64,000 nucleotides of DNA from the human T2T-CHM13v2.0 reference genome, Homo sapiens, in assembly GCF_009914755.1 (NCBI RefSeq), contig NC_060935.1, one strand, 5' to 3'. Under the pieces are notes generated by a model. That model worked only from the letters and a program-made list of their open reading frames with translations, made no database searches and was not told the origin of the DNA. Every line of letters begins with the position of its first letter. Within the stretch, counting starts at the first letter, position 1. Both the position numbers and the translations under genes were made by a program. This document shows, piece after piece, positions 28,077 to 40,285 of this stretch.

Positions 28077-29063
28077 ATATGGTTGGTCTTTCCTCAAATG
28101 CGCTCATGCAGTGTCACTTTTGGAATGCAGTTGTCTCCTCAAAGTGGCTATCAAGGGAATTAGGACTCAAATTAAGGATTATTAAAAAGACATTCACGCT
28201 GAAATATGTTATTACTGCAAAAGCTGTTCTTGCATTAGCAAAAGGAAGTTAGTGGAACAACTGTCATTTACAGCCGAGGCTGTAAATCAAAATTCTGCAA
28301 AGCAGCCTTGTTTTTCCACTCCAATAGCATCCTTCTCTCCTCTGCAATTCTGTCACCATGAACTTTGGCAAGCACTTCATTTTATGGAATACCAGGCAGG
28401 CTCAGAAACCAGTAGAATGTTGGCTACTGCTTCCCGCATTTCCCCCTAACACTAACTGTTTCCTTTTTGGCTTTTGGGGTGTTGGCACAGCAGAAATTTG
28501 AGGCTTTGGATGGCGGGTCTGGGAATCTAGTACTATTGTAATTTGTTTAGTAAGCTATTTGACTGGTACTGTGATATATGTTGGGGCTACTAGATGAGAA
28601 AGACACGTGCCTGATCTTCAAGAACAAAAATGTTGCAGCTTTTCCTAAACTCAGTCTTTCTCCAATATTCTCTAGCTCACTTGTTAGTTCAGATACTACT
28701 GGGTCATTCTGTTGGAAATCGGGGCCTGATCCTTGCTTCCTCCCTCTTCTCACCCACCACTCGCGATATCACCCACCTCACAGACACATCATAACACTTT
28801 CTCTTAGCCTCCTCAATCTTTCTTGAATCTGCTCTCCCTCTAGTGCTTGCTTCACCAATATTGTCATCATTTCTTGCCTTTATTATTGCAGTAATCCCTT
28901 AATCATCTATACTGTCTTCAGTTTCCTCCTCTTCTCTCTCCTCTCTGCTTCTATTCTCCCCAAAGAATCCAACCACCAAAACTCAGAAGCAAAATGTAAA
29001 TTGGGTCACATCATGTTTTTTACCCCAATTCCATCAATAGTTAGAGTGGGCATAGGATTAATT

Positions 29064-29302
29064 TTGAGAGCTTGTTTGCAGATTCGAGCAGAGGAGCACA
29101 GCTATTCGTATACCCTTGACTGAAGAATGGTCCTCCTCTACAAGGGATAGTCGTCCTCTTCAAGTGCGCATGCAGCTTCAGGAGGGACACACATGGAGCG
29201 GTGAGGGGACAAGGGGACTTTTGCCTGGCCAGCCAGATCAGCGGAATCAACCCTGGTGATCAATGCGATGACATATGTTATAGCTAGATCACCCTCACAT
29301 CC
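29064..29302 (-). pseudogene. 7SK snRNA retropseudogene (RN7SKP-type), nt 1 to about 239
   Basis: The reverse complement reads GGATGTGAGGGTGATCTAGCT...CCAGGGTTGATTCCGCTGATCTGGCTGG...GTCAAGGGTATACGAATAGCTG...CAAACAAGCTCTCAA, colinear with 7SK from its first base. It lacks the 3' ~90 nt and a poly-A tail. Confidence 0.95.
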
Positions 29303-29445
29303 AAGTTTGAGTAATTTAACTCTATTAGAACCTTGGCTAACTTTTCATCTGATTCTATATTACTTCTGAATTTTATGTAGTTTTCTATGGAATACCCCAC
29401 CACGATGTGGTCCCTCTCTCCTTCTCTCTCACTTTCTCTTTTATG

Positions 29446-29490
29446 CACACACACACACACACTCTCTCTCTCTCTCTCTCTCTCTCTCAC
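29446..29490. repeat. Compound (CA)n(CT)n microsatellite
   Basis: Directly visible. Confidence 0.95.
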
Positions 29491-29701
29491 ATACAGGAAT
29501 GATGGCTTTAAATTCAATAATTGTTGCCAGAAGAAAGTCTTCACTGAATCCCCAGATGTCCAGGCTGAGTAGGAAACCTTTTTCCTATGCTCTTAGAAAA
29601 TGAGATCCCTTACATTTTTATATAAATGTTAAAATCAGTTTGTCAATTTTGGTAAAGAAATCAGTGGGACTTTTGATTGACACTGTATTTAATTTGAAGA
29701 T

Positions 29702-29806
29702 TATTGTTATTATTATTTTGAGACAGTATCTTGCTCTGTCACCAAGCCTAGAGTGTAGTGATGTGAACATGGCTCACTGCAGCCTTGACCTCATAGGCTC
29801 AAGCGA
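29702..29806 (-). mobile_element. 5'-truncated Alu (AluJ/FLAM-like fragment)
   Basis: TTTTGAGACAGTATCTTGCTCTGTCACC...GGCTCACTGCAGCCTTGACCTC...GGCTCAAGCGA. Confidence 0.85.
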
Positions 29807-30820
29807 GGAGATCAGTTTTGGAAGCATTCCCATCTTTACGACATTATCTTCCCATCCATGAAAATTGAATGTCTCCATTTATATAAGTTTTCTGTAATCC
29901 CTTCCAATGTTTTGCGGTTTCTCTTTAGAGCATATTTTTTTTCTCCTTCTATTAAATTATTTTTAAGTGTTTTATTCTATTTTATGCTATTATAATTAGA
30001 ACTGTTTTCTAAACTTCATTTTTGTATTGTTCATTGCAAGGGTGTAGAAATTCAGTTGATTTTTGTATATTGATCTTTCATCCTTCAACCTTGCTGCACT
30101 TGCATGTTAGTTGTAACAGCTTTTTAGTGGATTCCTTAGTATTTTCTGCATACAAAATCATGTTGTCTGCAAATAGAAATAATTTTACTCTGGATGATTT
30201 TATGTCTTTTCTTTGCATAATTGTCTTGAATAGAAGATCCAATACTGTGTTGGACAGAATTGGCAAGAGGAGGCATCCTTATCTTGGTCCTGAACTTGAG
30301 GGAAAAGTATTCTGTCTCTTCACTATTAAGTATGGTGTTAGTTATGGGTTTTCTTTTTTTTTCATAGATATCCTTTGTCTGTTTGAGAATGTTTCCTTCT
30401 AATCGTAGTTGGTTGAGTGTTTTTGTCATGAATATGTGTTGAAGTTTGTCAAATACTTAGTTCAGCATCTATTTGGGGGGTCATTTCTCTCTATTTCTAC
30501 TGAAAGAGTATGTCATATTAATTGATTTTCTTGTTAAATTTATTTTACTTTTCTGGGATAAATTCCAGAAAGTCATAGGAGTAATCTCTAGATCACTAAA
30601 TACAATAATCGTTCCTTAGGCCTCATTCTCTGACCTCTCTAAAGAATTTTGATACAGGTCCATGTACATTTTCTGTTGATTCTGTAGTTTGTATCTTTCT
30701 AGGAATTTATACATTTCCTCTAGGTTTTCTAATTTGTTGGTATATAGTTGTTCTTAGTATCTCTTAGTTTTTATTTCAGTGAGGTTGCTAGTAATATCTC
30801 TCTTTCTTTCTTGATTTTAT

Positions 30821-31051
30821 GGATGTGAGGGGGATGTGGCTGTGACATTTGCCACCCCATTGATCGCCAGGGTTGTTTTGGCTGATCCGGTTGGCTAGGC
30901 AGCTGTCCCCCTCACCACTCCATGTCCGCCCCTTCTGAAGCTGCATGCTTAGTGGAAAAGGATGACCATCCTTGATAGAAGAGGACTGGTCTTCAGTCAA
31001 GGGTCTAAGAGTAGCTGCGCTCCCCTGCTACAACTTCCAAACAAGCTCTCA
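30821..31051 (+). pseudogene. 7SK snRNA retropseudogene (RN7SKP-type), nt 1 to about 238
   Basis: GGATGTGAGGGGGATGTGGCTGTGACA...CATTGATCGCCAGGGTTG...GAGTAGCTGCGCTCCCCTGCT...CCAAACAAGCTCTCA. Perfect 13-bp TSD TTCTTGATTTTAT (30808-30820 / 31052-31064); no poly-A. Confidence 0.96.
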
Positions 31052-31301
31052 TTCTTGATTTTATTATTTTAAGTCTTCTTTCTTATTTTTCTTGGTCAGT
31101 CTAGCTAAAGTTTGTCAATTTTGTTGATCTTTTTCAACAACCAACTCTTGCTTTTGTTGATTTTCACTATTGTTTTTCTTTCTGTATTTCATTAACTTTC
31201 ATACTAACATTTATGATGTCATTTCTCTGCTTGTTTTAGGCTAGCTTGCTTTTCTTATACCAGTACCTTATTTGGAAAATTAGGTTCCTGATTTTAGATC
31301 T

Positions 31302-31610
31302 TGTATACTTCTTCTGCTTTCTTCTCAATTTATAGCTATAAATACTGTAAGTTGAGAAGAAAGCAGAAGAAATATACATTTATATAATTTTATAATTTTT
31401 ATACTTACATAATTAACTTTTCTGGTGCTTTTTGTTTTATAGTATTTGTAGGTATAAATTGAGAAGAAAGGAGAAGAAATATACTTTTTAAATAATTACA
31501 TAATTAACTTTTCTGGTGTTCTTTTATTTTGTAGTATTTGTAGTTATAAATCGAGGAGAAAGAAGAAATATACTTTTTTATAATTACATAATAAATTTTT
31601 CTGGTGCTCT
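31302..31610. repeat. 27-bp inverted repeat followed by a ~92-107 bp tandem triplication
   Basis: 31302-31328 is the reverse complement of 31352-31378 (1 mismatch). Units start at 31352, 31459 and 31551. Confidence 0.9.
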
Positions 31611-31972
31611 TTTTTTTTTTCCATATTGGTTCAATTTACTTTTTGGAGTTGGTCTTTCTTGGCAAAATTGCATTTTCAGCCTGAAGGACTTCCTTTAGTA
31701 CTGCTAGCAATGAATTCTCTCAGCTTGTGTTTATCTGGATATATCTTTATTATGCCTTAACTTTTGTAGAATTGTTTTTCTGGTTATAAGATTCTCGGTT
31801 TACATTTTTTCTTTCAACATTTTGAATATATAATTAACTGCTTTCTAGCCTACATTGTTTCTGACGAAAAGTAAGATCTTAATCTTATTAGGGTTTCCTT
31901 GTCCATGACAAGTCATTTCTTTCTTGCTGCTTCTAAGATTTTTGTCTTTTTATTTCAGTGTTTTTACTATAA

Positions 31973-32323
<351 letters not shown>

Positions 32324-34186
32324 TCTTGATATTCTTAAATGTGGAGATTAATACTTTTTGTCAAATTTAGGATGTTTCCAGCCATCGTTTTCTAGAAAAT
32401 TTTTGGAATGTTTTTCTCCTTCTTTTTTTACTCAGCTATGTCTACTAATCCTGTTACAAGTATTTTAGTACACATTATGTCATCATCTATTTCTCTGAGG
32501 CTCTTAATTTTCTTCATTCATTTTCTGTTATTCAGATTATATATTTTATATTTATCTTCAAGTTTGCCAATTCTTTCTTCTGCAAGTTCAAATGTACTGT
32601 TGAGCCTTTCTAGTAAAATTTTTATTTCAGTTTTTGTACTTTTAAATCCAGGATTTCCATTTGGTTCTTTTTTATTTTAATTATTTATATCTCTCTATTT
32701 ATAGTCCTATTTGATTACTGATTATCATCATACCTTCTTTTTTTTCTTTAATCATGGTTTCCTTTTACCCTTTTAAATATAGGGAGACTCTTTTTCAATC
32801 TTTGTTAAGTCTGACATCTGAGCCCCTTCAAAAGCATCAAAGGTGGTTTCTGTTGCCTGCTTTTATATACAAGTCATACTTTTCTGTTTGTTTCACTGGA
32901 CATTTTTAGATAATTTCGCAACTCTAAATACTGCTCCCTCCCTTCTAGGGCTTCCTGTTGTTGTTTGCTTGTTTATTTTCTTAGTGGTTTAGCTAAACTA
33001 TTTTTTTTTCATAGTGTGAAGCCTCTGAAGTCACTCTTTAGAGGGTGTAGCCTTGGGCATGCGCACAGTCACCCTGGGATGACAGTGTTTCAGCAGGCTT
33101 TCTTTCACTGTCTCTCTTCATGTTAAACTCTGCCTCTTCTGGCATTATATCCAGCTTTAGCTTCACTAATTGTTGGTTAATTGTTCTATTGTTCTTGACT
33201 ATAGCCGGGGCATAAATGGTTTCATAGTTTTATCCAGTTAAACTTGTGACCCTGTACAGGGGTACTTTTTGAAGCCAGTGTTTGAGCTTAGTTCTGACCT
33301 AGAAGGGCTCTTCTTAGTTGTTTCTTCCTGGTTCTCTCTGAAATAAAATAGCAGAACTCTACTTTATCTTATTGCTCTCATAGAGCTACCAACATTCTCT
33401 TAACTACTTACCACAAAAATCTCCATGGTTTTCAAAGCTTGAACTTTCCTATGCTCTGTTTCAAATAAAGTTTGTTTCTTTGGGAAAGTTTCACATTTTC
33501 TGTTCTTATGACCTGCCTTTTTCCCTGGGCAAAATCTTTACACCACTGATCTGGAGATGGGGTCAGGCACAGTGACCTGCTTATACAAAAGTGACACCTT
33601 GCTTTATAGTCACGGTACTGGATGTAGGCAGTAGCTTCTGCTCTGCTCTTCTGGGCTTTTCTCTGACAGCATGGAAACTCTTCCTGACATGCAAGCTGTG
33701 GCAAAGAGAATCTGGGACCCCAAGTTCTCTGACGGCCATGCCTAGGCACATAACCTCCACTCTATGGGTGGGGGCTGGGAGGAGAAAGGGAGCTATTGAC
33801 CTCTTAGCCATACTGATCTAGAATTTAGCCTCTTTAACAGGAAGTTATGGGTAATGAGGAATGCCTGCAGGCTGCTCCTCCCAGAGAAGCACTGTAGCCT
33901 TTGATTGGGAGTTGTAGGAGAGTGCAGTCTGTTTTCTTAGCAACCCTCCACAGAGTGGGGCTTTCATCATGCTGATCTGGGCCAAGGGAGCAGAGGGAAC
34001 ATGTCATGGTTCAAGTGCCATAGCTCCTGTTGTATCAGTATTTAGTTGATTTTCTTGAATCAATGTTTCCTCATTTGCTGCATGACATTATAACAATTTC
34101 CAGAGACTTCAAATAGTTGTTTTAAAAATAATTGTCAGCAGTTGTGATTGTTTCACTGTGGAGTGGCCCCTCAAAGCTCCTTAAAC

Positions 34187-36173
34187 TGTTATGGGATCTT
34201 TTCCGGCCAGAAACCTCTGTGGCTGGTGGCGCCTTTGCCCAAGTTTTGCTGAGGCCCACTGAGCTCGTTTCTCCCACTCAGGCTGGCAGGCTGTGCTTGG
34301 CTCATGCTACCAACCTCGGTCGTATGCCTGCCAAGGGTGAGTCAGGCATGGAACAGTGAGGGGTGTAGGAGCAAGCGTGGGGTCCAGCCACTGAACACAG
34401 TCAGACATACTGGCTACAGTAGGTCAGGCAGCTCCAGGTGCTGGCACGAACACTGGCTCTCTGCAAGGCTGGAGTCAGACCAGTTGCACCACAAGCAGCT
34501 TCCATGGCTGGCACTGGGGAACATGGAGATGCCAGGAACCACAGGGCCCCAAGGAGGGAGGCACAGCCTTGGCTTGAGGAGCTCCCAGGTCTGGGCTCCC
34601 TGAAAGGCCACAGCCCTTCTTTCCATCTCTTCGCCCGCAAGGTGGCAAGCAAGAGGCATGTCTCAGCCCTGTTAGTGTTATAGCTCTTTTAGCCTCACCA
34701 TTTGTTGGGTCCTGAGTTCTTGTCCTGTGACCAGGAAGAATGAGGTATGCAGGTGAGTGGAAGGTGAGCAAGACAAAGAGGAGCTTTATTGAGTGATAGA
34801 ACAGCCGAGAGGAAACCTGCAGGAGGCAGCTCCTTTCGGCAGTCAGGGTGTCCTGATGAGTGTTCAGCTTCTAGAAGAGAGGGTAGCTCCTCTGCTAGGC
34901 AAGTTGCCCTGACAAGTGTCAGCTCTCAGCAGAGAGGGTAGCTCCTCTCTGCAGCTGGCTGTCCCATCATCTGCACAGCTCTCAGCAGAGAGGAAGTCGT
35001 AGAGTGGGTGGCTCCTCTCTGCAGGCAGGTCATCCCGTCACCTCCTCCCATCGTCTCTCTGTCATCTCTGCAGCTCTCAGCAGATTGGAGGCCCTAGAGT
35101 GGGTGACTCCTGTCTGCAGGAAGGTGGTCCCATAGTCTGCAGCTCTCAGGAGAGAGGAGGCCCTAGAGTGTGGTGCTCCCCTCTGCATTGGTCATTGGTC
35201 ATCTCATTGTCTGCTCAGCTCTGGCTGAGTCTGGGACTTTTATGGGTCCCAGAGCGGGGGAAGTGCACTCCAATTGGTCCATGGGTGGCCGTGGGTGGGC
35301 CCGAAAAAGGCATCACAAGTTCCTACTCTTGTCCACGGAACTGGCAGCCTGGCACCCAGCCTTCAGGCCCTTCCTGTCCTGAATGCGGGGCCTCAGTGAG
35401 GACCCACCTCCTCCTGCCCAGGAGCCTGTCTGTGCTGTTCATGGCGCCCAGGCTGTAGGTGCCAAGGGGCATCTGCAGGCCAGTGCAGAGCAGCCCTCAG
35501 CCCCACCTCTCAACTTCCCTCCTATGCTCGTCAGTGCCCAAAGTCCTGAGGGGCCCAAGGCGGCACTGCCCTGAGCATGTGCACCCCCAGCCAGGCTGCA
35601 ACAGCACCCAAGTTCAGCCCCAAGTTTGCTCCAAGATTGGAGTGGGCACTGACAGCAGGGAGAATCCAGGCAGTGAGAGCAGGAACTTCTGAGCCTGTGA
35701 GGGCAGGGGCACTTCCTGGACCCCAACAGTGCAGGGATTCCTGGGTCCACAGCTGTGGTTTGAGTGGCTGCATCTGCACTGGCAGGACGGGGCTCCTGCC
35801 TGCTCCCTGGAGTTGGAGGCCTGGGTCTGCAGCCGAGGTTTGGGTGGCTGTAGCTCTACCTGGCTTCTGTCTGCTTTATGGAGCAGGAGGCCCGGGTCTG
35901 TAACCACTGTTTGGACAGCTGCAGCTGTGCCTGGGAGGGTGGGGCTCTGGCCTGCTTCTGGGTCCTTAGTGCACAGATATGCCCAGGTCTGCAGCCATGG
36001 CTTGGGAAGCTGCACGGGCACCTAGGGTGCTATTGCACCGACTGGGAAGGGACGGGGTTCCCGCTTGTCCACAGCTCCTGCTGGCTTCATGGAGTTTGCA
36101 GCCCCGGCTGTGCCTCCTGGCTGCAGCCAACGTGATGGCAGCAGCCGCTCCAGATGGCCCGCCACTGCCATCA
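34187..36173 (-). mobile_element. MER52-family (ERV1) long solo LTR, about 2 kb
   Basis: The minus strand starts TGATGGCAGTGGCGGGCCATCTGGAGCGGCTGCTGCC, like the recalled MER52 consensus. TG...CA termini, GC-rich, internal GCTCCTCTCTGCAG repeats, 4-bp flanks AAAC / AAAT. Confidence 0.85.
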
Positions 36174-36479
36174 AAATCACTATTCTAGACATGTATCTTT
36201 GGTTGAGTGTGTGTGTGTGTGTTACAAACTGCACTGTTAAACTCTATTACTGTACTTATTTTTAGTGTTTTCTTTTACATATGCCAAATAGTATTGGTAG
36301 TTGTTTACAATACTGATACAAAGTTTCATTTTAAAAGCAAATTATTTGTCTACATAATAGGTGTAATAGTAATGAAAATCCTAGCTGTTACTAAAATAGA
36401 GGACATTAATTATCATGTCAAACTGAAGAAAAAGGAAAGACATGAATGACCCCTTTTAGCTCTCACTCTAAAATAAACC

Positions 36480-36800
36480 AGCATCATCCACAGTGCCTTT
36501 GCCCATCACTAACATTTATGTTCGCTCCTAGCACCCTGGTTTTGGTTTCTAATGTTCCCCATTAAAGAAGAATCAAGATTTATAGAAAACAGTTTGAGAC
36601 AAGAAAAAAAATCAATATAGCTCTAGAAAAGACTATTATTGACAGAAAGCAGGTATATTTTTAAGAAGTTCAAGAGCAGTAATAATAAACAAAAAAAACT
36701 GGCTTAAAGAACATTACTGGGAAAGTTATGATAATTTGGATATTAAAGGAAATAGTAATATGGTTAATTACAAAAATTATGAAAAGCTAGAATGTTTCAT
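36480..36800 (+). mobile_element. L1MC-like 3' region fragment
   Basis: TTTCTAATGTTCCCCATTAAAGAAGAATCAAG...GACAGAAAGCAGG resembles L1MC4/5 3' UTR; highly diverged. Confidence 0.4.
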
Positions 36801-38857
36801 ACCAAAGAAAAATGAAATCGAAAATAGTTTAATTTTACTTGTTTAATTGGTTGACAAATACTATCATATCTGAGTAATTTATTCTTTTAGGTACATAATT
36901 GCAAGGCACAGATATGTGCTTGTTTTTATGTTTTTAAATATAAATTCATAAATACAGGAAACTTGAAGTAAGTCAGATAGTCCTAGGCAAATTAGGAACT
37001 GTACCAAGAACTCATTAAGAATAAATCTATAAAATTTGTCATATAAATCTTGTTAAACTATCAGTTATAAAGGGTCTATTGGTTAATAAGCAAAATTATA
37101 ACTTATTACCAAATTTTAGTTTGTTTCAGGATAACATATGAGTCAAATACCCTCTACCTCTGAAAGTAGTCTAAATGTGCAGTGGATTTGACATCACCTA
37201 TGACATACGACCTCCAACTGACACTTCTAACTAGGTGCTGGTGAGGCATTCATTTGTTTTAAAAAATGTTAACAAAATGAATAAATATATTATGATGGGA
37301 GATAGATATATTATGGTTGCAGGACAGCAAGCAATGCCAGGTAAATAAGACTCCAAGAGACTATCATTCTGTGGAAAGGTCCCAAGTGGAAAAATACGCA
37401 AAGCTAAATAGAATACATGGAGTCCAAAGGCTTTATCGATATAATTAATGAAGTTAAAACATAAGAAGGAAGCTGAATCTGATGTAAGGCCTTAAGGTTG
37501 GGTCATATTTGGAAAAAGCAACCACATGTTACATCCTGACCAGTAAGCCATTAACTTATAACCCAGGTCTTGTAATATTGGCTGGTCTGAAATGATATTA
37601 TTTATCCTTTTTGTCTGGTAAAATCTTCAACCTTGGAGAAATATCTGAATAAGTTTAACAATCTTTGGTAGGTATCACAATAACTATAGGCTAAGTAAGT
37701 ATTTAAAAAGTCCATAAATAATGAGAAAATCAACTAAACCATGGTACTCATAAGTTAGAATAGGTTTTAGACTAAGCATGGTGGTTTTTTCAGAACAGAG
37801 ATAATATCTATATTTTTGTATAATTTACTTGCTATTAAAGTATTTAAAGCATCTAAAAGAATCAGTCACACTAAATTTGTAAATGTGGCTTAAATTGTTT
37901 AAGAAAATATTAATAATATGTGTCCATTCATGTCTATATAAACTTGTTTAAAGATTATTAAATATATATTTAATAAATTGAGCATTCAATGAAGTACAAT
38001 TGATAGGGGTTTTTGTTTATGCAGATAAATCCCTTGGACATGAATCAAATCTACAGTAAAAAAGCAAATTTATTGAAAAAAATTAAGTAAATATTGATAA
38101 AGATGGTTGAGGATTTAAGGCCAAAAGAGTGAAGAAAACATGTAGATAACTGATATTTGGATAAACATTTTTTTAAGGGTTTTAAGTATTAAAAAACAAA
38201 ACACAGCTATTTGTGCTGGGCAGATTTGGGTTGAATCCTTGGTACATCATTTATTAGCTGTGTACTTTGAGAGACAACTTTCCAATTCCTTAGTGTCCTC
38301 ATCTGCAAAACTGGGATAATAATACTTCCCTTCAAGGGTAAGGACAGCATGCTTAACACAGTATATGAGAAGTGATGACATTTTCAAAGATGGTTGGTGT
38401 TATTTTTACCATTCTTTAAAAATGCAAATACTCTTGGGAAAGATAGTATAATAAACTAAACCAATTCATGCTTATTTTTATTCTACCATGCTTCTTCTTT
38501 TTTCTTTCTCAGTCAAGCCCCTTAAAATGCTTATGTACATAACCACCCCCCAACCCCCCACCCTTCTTTCACTACATTCGCTTTCAGCCTACTGCAATCT
38601 GGCTTCTAGTCTTACAGTTTTGTTGAAATGTTCTCTACGTTTTTCAGGCTTTATTGAAAATCACCTATTTGTAGCATTTGACAATATTACCGTATCTTCC
38701 AACTTAATATAATTTCCTTTCATCCTCCCCTTATTGACACCCTCTGCCATCTGTGGTCTTCCTTTAACCCCTTCTTTTCAGTCCTTTTGGCTGAAGCATT
38801 TATTTTTGCCACTCCTAAATGAGGGAATTCATAAAAATTCCATCTCCTGATTTCTTT

Positions 38858-39551
38858 TCTTATTATACTTTAAGTTCTAGGGTAGATGCACACAACGTGC
38901 AGGTTTGTTACATATGTATACATGTGCCATGTTGGTGTGCTGCACCCATTAACTCGACATTTACATTAGGTATATCTCCTATTGCTATCCCTCCCCCTTC
39001 CCCCAACCCTATGACAGGCCCTGGTGTGTGATGTTCCCCACCCTGTGTCCAGGTGTTCTCATTGTTCAATTCCCACCTATGAGTGAGAACATGCGGTGTT
39101 TGGTTTTCTGTCCTTGTGATAGTTTGCTCAGAATGATGGTTTCCAGCTTCATCCATGTCCTGCAAACGACATGAACTCATCCTTTTTTATGGCTGCATAG
39201 TATTCCATGGTGTATATGTGCCACATTTTCTTAATCCAGTCCATCATTGATGGACATTTGGGTTGGTTCCAAGTCTTTCCTATTGTGAATAGTGCCGCAA
39301 TAAACATACGTGTACATGTGTCTTTATAGCAGCATGATTTATAATCCTTTGGGTATATACCCAGTAATGGGGTGGCTGGGTTGAATGGTATTTCTATTTC
39401 TATATCCTTGAGGAATTGCCAGACTGTCTTTCACAATGGTTGAACTAGTTTACAGTCCCACCAACAGTGTAAAAGTGTTCCCATTTCTCCACATCCTCTC
39501 CAGCACCTGTTGTTTCCTGACTTTTTAATGATAACCATTCAAACTGGTGTG
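38858..39551 (-). mobile_element. 5'-truncated L1PA (about L1PA4-6) 3' end
   Basis: TTATTATACTTTAAGTTCTAGGG...CACAACGTGCAGGTTTGTTACA; perfect 18-bp TSD CCATCTCCTGATTTCTTT (38840-38857 / 39552-39569). Confidence 0.96.
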
Positions 39552-39872
39552 CCATCTCCTGATTTCTTTATCATCCAGCCCACTCTTAGGGAATATCATC
39601 GAATCCCAACAGAATTCTAAAATCTCTATTCATGGACTTGACTTGTCCCAAGTTCCATACCTACATAACCAAATAATAAATAATCAAATAGATGAGCTTC
39701 TCTAACTTGACAAATTATAACTCAAATGCGTTATCTTCTCTGTTTTCCTTAACTTAATTGGAGATCGCACTACTCAAAAGTAAAATCTGGGTTTTTTTCT
39801 CACCCTGTTTCCTTACATTATGAAGACCCACTATGTGCCAACCACTATGTGAATGTCTCAGATTACACTGGG

Positions 39873-39923
39873 GTGTGTGTGTGCGTGTGTGTGTGTGTGT
39901 GACAGACAGAGAGAGAAAGAGAG
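39873..39923. repeat. (TG)n/(GA)n microsatellite
   Basis: Directly visible. Confidence 0.9.
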
Positions 39924-40285
39924 ACCATTTCTGATCCCATAGAGTTTGCTGCCTCTGTGGAGGAGACACACAAGTCTACAGAAATCAAAAATAAATGTGC
40001 ACTATGAAAACACTTAATGTTGGTAATTGACTTATAAAAGTCAAGGAAGGTTTTATTAAGAAACTGATGATTTGGTTAGGCCTAAGAGAAGTGTAAGAGT
40101 TAGACAAAGTGACTGACATTCCAAGCAGAAGCAATACTATGTCCAAAGGCCCCAGGGAGAGAGGAGTCGTGGTGAAGACCAGGAACAAAAATAAGCCCAA
40201 TTGTAGCAAGAATAGAGAGAGTTCTAGAAATGGCAGGAGTGGTAAGGGGGAGAATAGGACTTTGGGCTTTACCTAAAGGTTAGTT

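Noticed and set aside
29064-31051. Functional RN7SK gene
   Set aside because: Both copies are diverged with CpG decay and lack the 3' hairpin and U-tract. No upstream PSE/TATA promoter is evident, and one copy sits inside L1 with a TSD.
34132-36265. Dense cluster of overlapping ORFs on both strands
   Set aside because: Stop-codon scarcity in a GC-rich MER52 LTR; no recognisable protein.
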